DNA from: Vulcanimicrobiota bacterium
Lineage (GTDB): Bacteria > Vulcanimicrobiota > Vulcanimicrobiia > Vulcanimicrobiales > Vulcanimicrobiaceae
Direction: 5' to 3'
Length of the DNA: 64,000 nt
Assembly (NCBI GenBank): GCA_963695225.1
Contig: OY968762.1
Span: 480,001-544,000 of the forward strand
Shown here: in pieces, positions 17,414 through 26,666 of the stretch
Layout of the letters: every line of letters begins with the position of its first letter
Position numbering within the stretch: position 1 is the first letter of the stretch
Notes under the pieces: model-generated
Told to the model about the DNA's origin: nothing
What the model saw: the letters and a program-made list of their open reading frames with translations, nothing else
The model's database searches: none
Translations under genes and position numbers: made by a program

Positions 17414-17474
17414 TGTGGATGAACCCCGCCGCTCGGTGGACCGGCGGTGGTCCGCGCGAGCGCGTTGTGGACAA
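17414..17474 (-). promoter_or_regulatory. Two candidate DnaA boxes
   Basis: TCATCCACA (17414-17422) and TTGTCCACA (17466-17474) on the minus strand. Confidence 0.5.
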
Positions 17475-17514
17475 GTGCGAGGAGAGCGGGGAGAACTCGC
17501 GCAAACGGGCGGGA

Positions 17515-17997
17515 GTGCTCCGCCCGAACGGCTTTGCCGACCGCCTCGCCGACGTCTCGCTCGACGACCTGGCCGCTTCCGGCGTCCGCGGGATCATCGT
17601 CGATCTCGACAACACGCTGATCGGCTACGGCTTGGAGGAGGTCGCCGCGCACGATACCGCGTGGATCGAAGAGGCTCGCGAGCGCGGCTTCGCGCTCGCG
17701 CTCGTCTCGAACAACTTCACCGATCGCGTCCGGCGCGCGAGCGAAAAGCTCGGCGTCCCCGCCGTCCCGAACGCGCTCAAGCCGTTGCCGCGCGGATTTT
17801 CCGCGGCGCTGCGCATCATCGGGACGCCGAAAGACGCCACGATCGTCATCGGCGATCAACTCTTCACGGACGTCCTCGGTGCGAAACTCGTCGGCTTGCG
17901 AGTGATCCTCACCCGCCCGATCGTCGCGCACGATTGGTACGGCACGCGCGTGCTGCGTTTCTTCGAGCGACTCGTGCTCGGCTCGAGGCGAGCGTAG
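17515..17997 (+). CDS. yqeG: YqeG-family HAD IIIA phosphatase
   Basis: DLDNTL, VSNN, KP, IGDQLFTDVLG; GTG start chosen from typical family length. Confidence 0.9.
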   Translation: MLRPNGFADRLADVSLDDLAASGVRGIIVDLDNTLIGYGLEEVAAHDTAWIEEARERGFALALVSNNFTDRVRRASEKLGVPAVPNALKPLPRGFSAALRIIGTPKDATIVIGDQLFTDVLGAKLVGLRVILTRPIVAHDWYGTRVLRFFERLVLGSRRA

Positions 17998-18657
17998 ATG
18001 CCGCCCGCGGCCTTCGTGTTCGATCTCTACGGCACGCTCGTCGACTTCACGTCGCTGGGGGAGCAGCTTCACGATCTCACGTCCGACGCAGCTCGTTTCG
18101 TCGACGCATGGCGCGGCAAACAGCTCGCCTACGCGTTCGCCTCGTCCCTTATGGGGCGCTATCAGGATTTCGACGCGCTGACGGGCTACGCGCTCGCGTA
18201 CGCGGCCGCGACGCTCGGCGTTTCGCTGAGCAAGGAACGGCGCGCAGCGCTCGTAGAGGCCTGGTCCGCCTTGCCCGCGTACCCCGAGGTCGCCGAGGTG
18301 CTTGCGGTGCTGCGCACGCAGGGCAAGCGGCTTGCGATCCTCAGCAACGGGACGCCGCGAGCGCTCGCGCGGATCGTGCGGCACGCCGGGATCGCGGACG
18401 CTTTCGACGCGGTCCTCAGCGTCGACGACGTGCGGGAGTACAAGCCGAGCCCGGCCGTCTACGCGCTCGCGGAACGCACGCTCGCGTTTCGGCGCGACGA
18501 GATCGGGTTCGTCTCCTCGAACGGATGGGATGCGACCGGCGCCGCGGAATTCGGATTCGATGTGTACTGGTGCAACCGGCGCGGCGCGCCCGCCGAAACG
18601 TTCGGCGCGGCGCCCGCTCATACGATTTCGTCGCTGCGCGAGTTGACTGCGGGCTGA
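17998..18657 (+). CDS. Haloacid dehalogenase type II (HAD hydrolase)
   Basis: FDLYGTL, LSNG, YKPSP, FVSSNGWD. Confidence 0.9.
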   Translation: MPPAAFVFDLYGTLVDFTSLGEQLHDLTSDAARFVDAWRGKQLAYAFASSLMGRYQDFDALTGYALAYAAATLGVSLSKERRAALVEAWSALPAYPEVAEVLAVLRTQGKRLAILSNGTPRALARIVRHAGIADAFDAVLSVDDVREYKPSPAVYALAERTLAFRRDEIGFVSSNGWDATGAAEFGFDVYWCNRRGAPAETFGAAPAHTISSLRELTAG

Positions 18658-18658
18658 C

Positions 18659-19411
18659 GTGGTCGAGCGCGCCGCGCTGAAGCTCGCCGTCGTCGGAGAT
18701 CCCGTCGCGCACAGCCGCAGCCCGGCATTGCAGCGCGGCTTCATGGGCGCGGCCGGAATTCCCGGCACCTACGAGGCGATTCGCGTCCGCGCCGGGGAAC
18801 TCGCCGCCGCAGTCGCGCACCTGCGCGCCGAGGGATACGCAGGCGCGAACGTGACGACGCCGCTCAAGGAAGAAGCCGCCGCGCTCTGCGAGCGGCTCTC
18901 CCCGGCCGCGCAGGCCCTCGGCGCCGTGAACACGCTCGTCTTTCGCGCGGGCGAGACGTTCGGCGCGAACACGGACGGCGCCGGCGCCCTCGGCGCGCTC
19001 GGAGCCGTGCTCGGCGACGTGCGGAACAAGCGCATCCTCGTTCTCGGCGCCGGCCCTACGGCGCGCGCCGCCGTCCGCTCCCTCGTGCTCGCCGGGGCGG
19101 ACGTTGCGCTGTGGAACCGCACCCCGGAGCGCGCGGGCGCCCTCGCCGCAGCATCCGGCGCGCACGTTTGGGACGAACGTTCCCCGAACGACGCCGTCTA
19201 CGCGACGCTCCCGCCGCACCCGCATCTCTCGTTCGCCGTAGAGCGCGCGCTGGCCGAAGCGCCGGTCGTCCTCGATGCGAACTATGGTCCGCGCGCGACG
19301 CTCGCCGCGCAGTGCGGCCGCCCGGTCGTCAACGGCGAAGCGATGCTCGAGGCGAGCGCGCGCCGCTCGTTCGAGCTCTGGACGGCGCAGATCCCCGAGA
19401 GCGCGGTCTAG
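18659..19411 (+). CDS. aroE: Shikimate dehydrogenase
   Basis: GDPVAHSRSP, GANVTTPLK, GAVNT, NTD, LGAG. Confidence 0.9.
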   Translation: MVERAALKLAVVGDPVAHSRSPALQRGFMGAAGIPGTYEAIRVRAGELAAAVAHLRAEGYAGANVTTPLKEEAAALCERLSPAAQALGAVNTLVFRAGETFGANTDGAGALGALGAVLGDVRNKRILVLGAGPTARAAVRSLVLAGADVALWNRTPERAGALAAASGAHVWDERSPNDAVYATLPPHPHLSFAVERALAEAPVVLDANYGPRATLAAQCGRPVVNGEAMLEASARRSFELWTAQIPESAV

Positions 19412-19818
19412 CCGCGTCGCGCGAGGAGTTCCGCAGCCTCGCGTAAGCCCGCGCGGATCGCTTCCGGCCCCGGGGGACAGCCGCGGACCGTGACCGCAGC
19501 CTCGAGTTCGACGCCGGCTCCGGCGCCGGCCGCGTCCGCCCCGCTCCACGGGCCCACGCCGGCGGCGCAATCGCCGACGGCGATCACGATCCGCGGTTCG
19601 GGCACCGCCGCGAGCGTTTCGCGCGCGGCGGCGCGCATCGCGCTCGTCATCGGTCCGGTGACGGTGAGCGCGTCGGCGTGCCGCGGCGAGGCGACGATGT
19701 CCCAGCCCTCGCTCGTGATGTCGTAGAACGCGGTGTTGAGGGAGCTCATCTCGTGCTCGCAGCCGTTGCAGCTCCCGCAGACGAGATGGCGGATCCCAAG
19801 CGAACGCCGGAAACTCAT
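19408..19818 (-). CDS. Hydrogenase-4/Ehr small subunit (NuoB/HyfI-like)
   Basis: GSCNGCE, SPRHAD, TGPMT, GDCA, GCPP. Confidence 0.9.
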   Translation of the reverse strand: MSFRRSLGIRHLVCGSCNGCEHEMSSLNTAFYDITSEGWDIVASPRHADALTVTGPMTSAMRAAARETLAAVPEPRIVIAVGDCAAGVGPWSGADAAGAGAGVELEAAVTVRGCPPGPEAIRAGLREAAELLARRG

Positions 19819-19822
19819 CGCG

Positions 19823-21214
19823 TCACCGGTCCGCACAGGCGTAGCACAGGTTGAAGCTCTTGTTCACGAGCGGGAAGTCCGGAATGATGTTCCCCTCCAT
19901 GGCGCGGGCGACGACCGGCCAGTTGCGGTAGGAGGCGGAGATCGCGTGAACGCGCGCGAGCCGGCCGCTCTCGTCGACGTGCACGGCGAGCGTTTCCGTC
20001 CCGCGCGGCCCCTCGACGGCGGCGTACGCGCGCCCCGGCCGCACCGCATCCGCGCTCGCGGTTGGGAGAGGCGTCTCGCCGAGGCCGGCGAGCGCTTCGC
20101 GGATCAGGCGGAACGAAGCGCGCAATTCCTCGCGCTTCACCGAGCAACGCGCGTAGGCGTCGCCGGCGTGCTCCGTCGCGATCTCTTGCACCAGCTCGCG
20201 ATAGGCGCCGTACGGCGCGAACGTTCGAACGTCGCGCGTCCCGCCGGAGGCGCGGTGCGCGGGGCCGACGGCCCCGAATGCGTGCGCGGTTTCTTTGGGG
20301 ACGTGGCCCGTGCGGTGCCAGCGCGAGATGACCGATCCGTTCGCGAACAGCCGGACGAGATACGCCTCGCTCGCGCCGGCGAGCTCGTCGAGTTCGCCGC
20401 GCAGCGCCGCCGGTTCGTTCAGCACGTTCGCGCCGATGCCGCCGGGGAGGATCGCGTCGAAGAGCAAGCGGTGCCCGCTCGCGCGCGCGCACAGGCGCAT
20501 CGCGCGCTCCTTGAGCGCCATCCCTTGCGCGAACCCGGGACCGAAGCCCGCCGCGGACGCGCTCGCGGCGATGTCGGCGAGATGGTTGTAGATGCGTTCG
20601 AGCTCGCAGAGGATCAGGCGGGCGCGCTCTACCCGTGGTTCGATCTCGATCTCCGCCAGGCTCTCGAGCGCGAGCGCGTATGCGAGCGAACGGGCCGCGC
20701 TGCAGCCGCCGCAGATGCGCGCAACGAGCGGCGCCGCCGAGCGAGCCTCGCGCCCTTCGAGCATCCGCTCGACGCCGCGGTGCTCGTAACCGAGTTGCGC
20801 GTCGAGATGGACGACGTTCTCGCCGCCCGAGTTGAACGTGAAACGGCCGGGTTCGATGATGCCGGCGTGGACGGGGCCGACGACGATGTGCATGACGCCC
20901 ACCCCGTGCGCGACGACCGCGGCCGGCATCGCTCCGGCGCGGGCGCGAAGCGCTCGCGCATCCGGGGCGTCGAGGAAGCGGACGCTGCGCTCATCGGCGA
21001 TTTCGCGTTCGTCCCACGAGAACAACGGGCGCGCGGCGGCGAGCGAGGGGAGTTCGCGGGCGCCGTCGAGCCTGCGCGAGAGTGCGACGACGCCCGCCGG
21101 CTCGAGGAAGAGATAATGCACGCCCTCGTCGCACGCGTACGCGCCGAGCGGGACCTCGAGCGCGGCCGCGCGCGCGGCGAACGCCGCTGCGTCGAGCCAA
21201 TCCGGAGCGTTCAT
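19823..21214 (-). CDS. Hydrogenase-4/Ehr large subunit (NuoC+D/HyfG/HycE-like) retaining both CxxC motifs
   Basis: GPVHAGIIEPG, HRGVE, RICGGC, ELERIYNH, VEGPRG, NKSFNLCYACADR; ATGA overlap with upstream gene. Confidence 0.9.
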   Translation of the reverse strand: MNAPDWLDAAAFAARAAALEVPLGAYACDEGVHYLFLEPAGVVALSRRLDGARELPSLAAARPLFSWDEREIADERSVRFLDAPDARALRARAGAMPAAVVAHGVGVMHIVVGPVHAGIIEPGRFTFNSGGENVVHLDAQLGYEHRGVERMLEGREARSAAPLVARICGGCSAARSLAYALALESLAEIEIEPRVERARLILCELERIYNHLADIAASASAAGFGPGFAQGMALKERAMRLCARASGHRLLFDAILPGGIGANVLNEPAALRGELDELAGASEAYLVRLFANGSVISRWHRTGHVPKETAHAFGAVGPAHRASGGTRDVRTFAPYGAYRELVQEIATEHAGDAYARCSVKREELRASFRLIREALAGLGETPLPTASADAVRPGRAYAAVEGPRGTETLAVHVDESGRLARVHAISASYRNWPVVARAMEGNIIPDFPLVNKSFNLCYACADR

Positions 21215-22668
21215 CGGGGAGCTCCGTCGAGCGCCGCCGCGACCGTCTGCAACATCCCGCCGAGGCCCGTCCACGGGACGAGCGCCGCCGCGAGCGCGCC
21301 GCCGAGCGCGAGCGCGGCGGCCGCCACGGAGGTCACCGCGCGCGAGGTCGAGGGGTGGAGCCCGTCCGGGGATGCGTGCCCCGATTCGATCTCGATGGCG
21401 GCGCGAGAGAGAGCGGCGAACGCGAACGCCATCCCGACGAGGCCGAGGGCGAGCGCCGCCCACGCTCCGGCGAGAACGCCCGCGATCACGACGAGCAGTT
21501 CGCTCACGAAGATGCCGAACGGCGGAAGGCCGCCGAGCGCGGAGAGCGCGGCGAGCAGCATGCGCCCGCCGATGCCGGAGCCCCACAACCCGCGCAATCG
21601 GGAGAGCGACGTCGTGCGGCGCTCGCGCTGTACGAGGCCCGCCGCCAGGAACGCGGCGGATTTCGCGAACGCGTGCGAGAGGACGTGCGCGAGGGCTGCG
21701 AGCGTGCCGAGCTTCCCGCCGAAGCCCAGCGCGAGGGCGACGATCCCGGCATGTTCCACGGTCGAATACGCGAGCAGTCGCTTGAGATCGGTTTGCGTGA
21801 GCATCAGCGCGCCCGCGACGACCGTCGAGAGCGCGCCGAGCCACAGCAGGAGCGTATGCGCGAGCGGGCCCGCCCCGACGGCGCCGGCGACGCCGAGCGT
21901 CCTCATCAGCGCGTAGAGCGCGCACGAGACGAGCACTCCCGAGAGGAGCCCGCTTACGGGCGCGGGCGCCTTCGAATGCGCGTCGGGGAGCCAGGCGTGC
22001 ATCGGGACGAGCCCCGCCTTCGTCGAGAAGCCGATGATCATGAGCGCGATCGCGAGCCGCGCGAGCGGGGGCGCGCCGAGCCCCGGATGCGCTTCGATCG
22101 CGGACCACGAGAGCGCCTGCGCGGGCGCAAGCCCCAGTGCGAGCGTGACGTGCGCGAGCGCCATCAAGCCGAACAGCGCGAACGCGATCCCCACGCTGCA
22201 GAGCACGAGGTATTTCCAGGCAGCTTCCAGCGACTCGGCTTCGCCGGCGAAACCGACGAGGAAGGCGGTTGCGAGCGTCGTCGCGGAGATGCCGAGCCAC
22301 AGCAGCGAGAAGTTGTCGGCCAGCACGACGAGCAGCATCGCGCTCCAGAACGAGCCGAGCAGCGCGTAGTAGACCGAAACGCGGGACCAGGTGACCGCTT
22401 CGTCCGGGTCGCCGACGATATCCCCGACGCGCTGCTCGAAGATCGCCCCGCCGACAGAAAACGCCGTCGCGAGGAAGCCGAGCATCGAGACGAGGGCCGC
22501 GAAGCCGAGCGAGAGCGCGTCGACGCGCCCGATCATCGCGAGCGGTGCGAGCGCGGCGCAGGCGGCCAACGTGACCTTCGCGCGGCGGCGCGCGGCGCCG
22601 GCCGGAACCGCGAGCGGGAGCAGCGAGGCGGCGAGCGGGGCCAGCACCACCAAAACGAGCGGGTTCAT
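21211..22668 (-). CDS. HyfF-like proton-conducting membrane subunit
   Basis: LEAAWKY, KAGLVPMHAWLPDAHSKAP, KRLLAYSTVEH. Confidence 0.9.
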   Translation of the reverse strand: MNPLVLVVLAPLAASLLPLAVPAGAARRRAKVTLAACAALAPLAMIGRVDALSLGFAALVSMLGFLATAFSVGGAIFEQRVGDIVGDPDEAVTWSRVSVYYALLGSFWSAMLLVVLADNFSLLWLGISATTLATAFLVGFAGEAESLEAAWKYLVLCSVGIAFALFGLMALAHVTLALGLAPAQALSWSAIEAHPGLGAPPLARLAIALMIIGFSTKAGLVPMHAWLPDAHSKAPAPVSGLLSGVLVSCALYALMRTLGVAGAVGAGPLAHTLLLWLGALSTVVAGALMLTQTDLKRLLAYSTVEHAGIVALALGFGGKLGTLAALAHVLSHAFAKSAAFLAAGLVQRERRTTSLSRLRGLWGSGIGGRMLLAALSALGGLPPFGIFVSELLVVIAGVLAGAWAALALGLVGMAFAFAALSRAAIEIESGHASPDGLHPSTSRAVTSVAAAALALGGALAAALVPWTGLGGMLQTVAAALDGAPR

Positions 22669-23276
22669 CCGCGCAAGCGCCTTAGGAACTCGACGTCGAG
22701 CATCGGGTTCTGCACGACGAACGCACGCACGAGCGCGAGCCCGATGAACGTGCCGACGACGGCGTCGAACGTGGCGCCGAGTTCCACGGATTCGGGGAGT
22801 TGCGGCGCGAGCACAGCTCCCGCGAGCGTCACGCCCGCGCCGAGTGCGAGCAGGCCGATCACGTGTGCGAGCAGATTGCGGTGCACGACGAGCATCCCAA
22901 CGCCGCAGAGCGTGACGTACGCGACGAGCCCTTGCATCGGGATCCCGGCGAGCGACGGAATGTGCGTGAAGGCGGCCGCGACCAAGGCGAAGCCGATCGC
23001 GAGCAGCAGGCGCAGCGGCATCGAGACCGAGGGATGCAAGTCGGATGCCGCCGGATTCCCGCGCATGAAGAACACGATCCCGAGCGGCGCGATGATGACT
23101 TTGATGAGCGTCGTGATGAAGAAGAGCGTGAACGCAAGCCACGATTCGTGCGTCGAAGGCTCGATCAACACGCTCGCGATCGCGGCGAGGACGACGTAGG
23201 CGGTCAGGACGTACGACGTCCGCGCGCTGACGATCAGGATCGCGCCGGCGACGAGGACGAACAGGTCCAGGTTCAT
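22665..23276 (-). CDS. HyfE-like membrane subunit
   Basis: Hydrophobic ~200 aa, LIKVIIAP, PESVELGATFD, position between hyfC-like and hyfF-like genes. Confidence 0.8.
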   Translation of the reverse strand: MNLDLFVLVAGAILIVSARTSYVLTAYVVLAAIASVLIEPSTHESWLAFTLFFITTLIKVIIAPLGIVFFMRGNPAASDLHPSVSMPLRLLLAIGFALVAAAFTHIPSLAGIPMQGLVAYVTLCGVGMLVVHRNLLAHVIGLLALGAGVTLAGAVLAPQLPESVELGATFDAVVGTFIGLALVRAFVVQNPMLDVEFLRRLRG

Positions 23277-24142
23277 ACGAGCCTCCCGAACAGGTGGAGC
23301 GCGATGCTCGTCGCCGCGAGGATGAACGCCGTCGCGAGGATTTGCGGAACCTCGAAGAGGCGCAGCTTCGCGAGCGCGTTTTCGACGAGCGTGATCGCGC
23401 ACGCGAGCGCGACGAGCCAGCCCGCGTCGGCCCACCAACTCTCGCCGGGGAGCAGCATCGCCGCGAGCAGCAGGAAGCCGAACTGCTTGACGTATGCCGC
23501 AAGCTGCAGCAGCGCGAGTTGCCAACCGGCGTACTCGAGCAGCAGGCCTTCATGGATCATCGTCAACTCGTAATGCGTCTCCTGATTGTCGATCGGCACG
23601 CGCGCCGTCTCCACGAGCGAGACGAGGAAGAACGCCGCGAACGCGAGGATGCTCTCCGGGCCGAAGTGGATCGAGAAGAGCGCGGGGAGGCCCGTTCCGT
23701 TTCCGAGCGCGGCCGCCCCGAGCAGCGCGACGAGCAGCGTCGGCTCGACCAGCGCGCCGAACGTCACCTCGCGGCTCGCCGCCATCCCGGCGAAGGCGCT
23801 GCGCGAATCGAGCGCGGCCAACGTTACGACGAAGCGCCCGAGTCCGAGCAAGAACGCGAGCGCGACCACGTCGACGATGGCAAGGCCGCCGTCGCGCCGC
23901 GCGAACGGCAGCGCCGCGACGAACGTCAAGGCGACGCCGAGCGCGACGCCCGGTGCCGCGACGGCGATCGGCGAGGCGCCTTCGGGGAGCAGCGCCTCCT
24001 TCTTCCAGAGCTTCGCGAGGTCGCGATACGGTTGGAGCGCGGAAGGGCCGGGGCGGCCTTGCAGCCGCGCGCGCAGCAGCTTCATCGCACCCTGCAGAAG
24101 GGGTGCGAGCAGCGCGATGCCGAGCACCTGCAGCACGATCAT
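23273..24142 (-). CDS. HyfC/HycD (NuoH-like) membrane subunit
   Basis: ARLQGRPGP..LQPYRDL.KL..KE, PIDNQETHYELTMIHE. Confidence 0.92.
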   Translation of the reverse strand: MIVLQVLGIALLAPLLQGAMKLLRARLQGRPGPSALQPYRDLAKLWKKEALLPEGASPIAVAAPGVALGVALTFVAALPFARRDGGLAIVDVVALAFLLGLGRFVVTLAALDSRSAFAGMAASREVTFGALVEPTLLVALLGAAALGNGTGLPALFSIHFGPESILAFAAFFLVSLVETARVPIDNQETHYELTMIHEGLLLEYAGWQLALLQLAAYVKQFGFLLLAAMLLPGESWWADAGWLVALACAITLVENALAKLRLFEVPQILATAFILAATSIALHLFGRLV

Positions 24143-26010
24143 CGGGCGGCGACCACGATGACGACGATCAACGCGATGACCGCGTACGCGAGGTAGAGCC
24201 GCAGGCTGCCGCTCTGCACGACGCGCGTGCGCCGCGCGAGGCGCAGCGTGACGGCCGCGAACGTGCGCGCGGCTTCATCGGTGAGATCCCGGCTCGCAGT
24301 GCGGTAGACGATCCGATCCGGGAACCAATGGGAACTCCCGCCTTCGAGCGTCCGCTGGCGGTCGGGGATCAGCACGAACGCGAAGATGCGCCGCAGGGGT
24401 TTCGAGAAAGCGGTCGCCGTGTATTGCGCGGCGGCCGTCACCGGGGAACCGCACGTCCAGGTCGGAACGCGGCGGATGCCCCGTCTGCGGGCGAGCGCAA
24501 AGGCCGCGAGCGCCCCCGCGACCGGCAAGAACGCGAGCGTCGCAGGAAGGAGCGGGAACGTCGCTTGAGGCGGCGCGGACGCGCCGGCGAGTTCGGCGGC
24601 GATCCCGGCGAGCGGCGCCGTCGCCAACGTTGGGAAGAGCCCGAAGCCGAGGCATAAGGCCGCGAGCAGGAGCGGCCCGGCGAGCGAGAGATCGAACGTT
24701 TCGCTCGCGCCGGCCGCGACGTACGGCCGGCGCGAGCGGCCGAGGAACGCGATGCCGAACGCCTTCACGAACGTGGCGGCGGCGAGGCCGCCGGCGAGCG
24801 CGAGCCCGGCGATGGCCGCGAGCACGGTCATCTTCGCGAATGGGTCCCCTGCCCGCATCGCGCCGATCAGGCCTTGAAACGTCAGCCATTCCGAAGCAAA
24901 ACCGTTGCTCGGCGGAAGCGCGGCGATCGCGGCTGACCCGATCAAGAAGAGCGGCGCCGTCCAGGCAAGCCGGCTCCAGAGCCCGCCCAGCCGCTCGAGG
25001 TCGACGGTCCCCTCGCTCTCGGCGACGGCCCCGGCGCCTAGGAACAGGAGCCCCTTGAAGAAGCCGTGGTTGAGCGCGTGGAACAGCGCGGCGGTCAGCG
25101 CGAGTGCGGCGACCGAGGGGAGGCCCTCCGACCGGGCGAGGAGTGCCGTGCCCAGGCCGATCGCGACGATCCCGACGTTCTCGACGGACGAGTACGCGAG
25201 CAGGCGCTTGAGATCGCGTTCGGCGAGCGCGAACAGGACGCCGCCGACAGCGCTGACGGTTCCGAGCGCGACGAGCGCGACGCCCCACCAGGGCGGCGCC
25301 GGCGCTGCGAGGACGAAGACCACGAGCGCGAGGCCGTAGAGCGCGACCTTGAGCATAGCGCCCGAGAGCAGCGCCGACGCCTGCGCGGGTGCGACTGGAT
25401 GGGCGCGCGGCAGCCAGAAATGCAGCGGCATCAAGCCGGCCTTCGAGCCGAATCCGAGCAGCGCGAGGACGAACACGGCGGTGCGCGCGGGGCCGGGGAG
25501 CGTCGCGCCCGCCGGTGCGATCGCGGCGAACGACGGGCTCCCCGCGTGCAGGGCCAGGATCACGAGCGCCACGAGCAGGCAGGCCGCGCCCGTCTGCGAG
25601 ACGACGAGATAGAGAAAGGCCGCCCGGCGCACGTCGCGCCGCTCGTGATGCGCCGCCACGAGGAAGGCCGAAACGAACGCCATGGCCTCCCAGGCGATGA
25701 GGAACGCGGCGACGCTCTGCGCGCAGAGAACGAGGAGCATCGCCGCGCTGAAGGCCGCGACGAGCGGCGCCTCGGCGGCACGGCCGCGCCGCGTGCTCCA
25801 TAGCGCGACCGCGACGTCGAGCGCGGCGATCAGCGCGCAGAACGCGGCGGCGAGCGGCGTGATGCCGAATTCGAGCCGCAGCGCCGGGATCGGCCCGTCG
25901 AAGGCGCCGAGGGGCTGCGCGCCGTTCGTCACGGCGAGCCAAGCCAAGGCCGCCGCGACGGCCGCGACCGCGAGCATCGCGGCGATACCGAGCGTTCGAA
26001 CCAACGGCAC
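24139..26010 (-). CDS. HyfB (NuoL/MrpD-like) membrane subunit
   Basis: FLIAWEAM, KAGLMPLHFWLPRAHPVAP, KRLLAYSSVEN, NGFASEW, WTCG..QYTA..FSKP. Confidence 0.92.
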   Translation of the reverse strand: MPLVRTLGIAAMLAVAAVAAALAWLAVTNGAQPLGAFDGPIPALRLEFGITPLAAAFCALIAALDVAVALWSTRRGRAAEAPLVAAFSAAMLLVLCAQSVAAFLIAWEAMAFVSAFLVAAHHERRDVRRAAFLYLVVSQTGAACLLVALVILALHAGSPSFAAIAPAGATLPGPARTAVFVLALLGFGSKAGLMPLHFWLPRAHPVAPAQASALLSGAMLKVALYGLALVVFVLAAPAPPWWGVALVALGTVSAVGGVLFALAERDLKRLLAYSSVENVGIVAIGLGTALLARSEGLPSVAALALTAALFHALNHGFFKGLLFLGAGAVAESEGTVDLERLGGLWSRLAWTAPLFLIGSAAIAALPPSNGFASEWLTFQGLIGAMRAGDPFAKMTVLAAIAGLALAGGLAAATFVKAFGIAFLGRSRRPYVAAGASETFDLSLAGPLLLAALCLGFGLFPTLATAPLAGIAAELAGASAPPQATFPLLPATLAFLPVAGALAAFALARRRGIRRVPTWTCGSPVTAAAQYTATAFSKPLRRIFAFVLIPDRQRTLEGGSSHWFPDRIVYRTASRDLTDEAARTFAAVTLRLARRTRVVQSGSLRLYLAYAVIALIVVIVVAAR

Positions 26011-26011
26011 G

Positions 26012-26338
26012 TTAAGCGCGGATTTCGCGGCGCAGATCTTCGAGCACGCTCTGCACGCTCACGAGGTGGTTGTCGAAGATGTCGCGGGCCGAATCCAGCA
26101 GCCGCCAGATCGCGGGGTCGCGGACTTCGTAGCGGATCGTGTTCCCGTGGCGCTGCGTCGTGACGAAGTTCCGCGCCCGCAGGACCGCGAGCTGCTGGGA
26201 GAGCGTCGACTGTTCCGCCCCGAGGCGGTCGCGCAACTCGCCGACGTTCAGCGGCCCGCCGCGCAGTTCGTCCAGGATCTGGATGCGCAACGGATGGGCC
26301 AGCGCCTTGAAGAACTCGGCTTTAAAGGTATATCGCAC
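26012..26338 (-). CDS. ArsR/SmtB family regulator (Rv0081-like), first gene of the hyf-like operon
   Basis: KAEFFKALAHPLRIQIL, LSQQLAVLR. Confidence 0.92.
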   Translation of the reverse strand: MRYTFKAEFFKALAHPLRIQILDELRGGPLNVGELRDRLGAEQSTLSQQLAVLRARNFVTTQRHGNTIRYEVRDPAIWRLLDSARDIFDNHLVSVQSVLEDLRREIRA

Positions 26339-26352
26339 TATTCGAATATTGC
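26335..26352. promoter_or_regulatory. Palindromic candidate ArsR operator overlapping its start codon
   Basis: GCAcTATTCGAATAtTGC with perfect 10-bp core TATTCGAATA, AT-rich in a GC-rich background. Confidence 0.5.
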
Positions 26353-26418
26353 AGTATGCCGGCCCGCGAGTCCTCCCCCGCAGAGCGCGCGAACGCCATC
26401 CTAACCCAACGTCATCCT

Positions 26419-26666
26419 GATATCTTGGCGCCGCCGGGGTGTTCCCGGTGATCCGGGCGCCGGGTTCCCTATATGCCGGCGATCGTGGCCATGCGTTGCA
26501 ATCCCATCCTCTCTGCCTTCGCGGGCCGCCTCCGCGCGAACGGGAAGCGGCCCAAGCAGATCATCGTGGCCGTGATGCGCCGCCTGCTCGTCCTCGCCTA
26601 CGGCGTCCTCAAGTCCAGGAAGCCCTTCGAAGCCCTACCCCAGGCTTGACGAGTCAGACGGAATCT
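26419..26666 (+). mobile_element. Internally deleted IS110-family element (248 bp) inserted in a REP-like repeat at a CT core
   Basis: CT at 26417-26418 and 26665-26666; removal rebuilds CGTCATCCTGAGCTTGTCGAAGGG; carries transposase C-terminus; right end TTGACG...GACGGAATCT. Confidence 0.8.
26470..26649 (+). pseudogene. IS110 transposase C-terminal fragment
   Basis: YMPAIVAMRCNPILSAFAGRLRANGKRPKQIIVAVMRRLLVLAYGVLKSRKPF; this frame is absent from the ORF track; catalytic N-terminal domains missing. Confidence 0.88.

Noticed and set aside
17317..17514. N-terminal extension of the yqeG ORF
   Set aside because: Covers the NrdR/DnaA regulatory region; family similarity starts at the GTG at 17515
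17239..17514. Cobalamin riboswitch upstream of B12-dependent nrdJ
   Set aside because: No AGGGAA or GCxACUG B12-box features; region is explained by NrdR boxes
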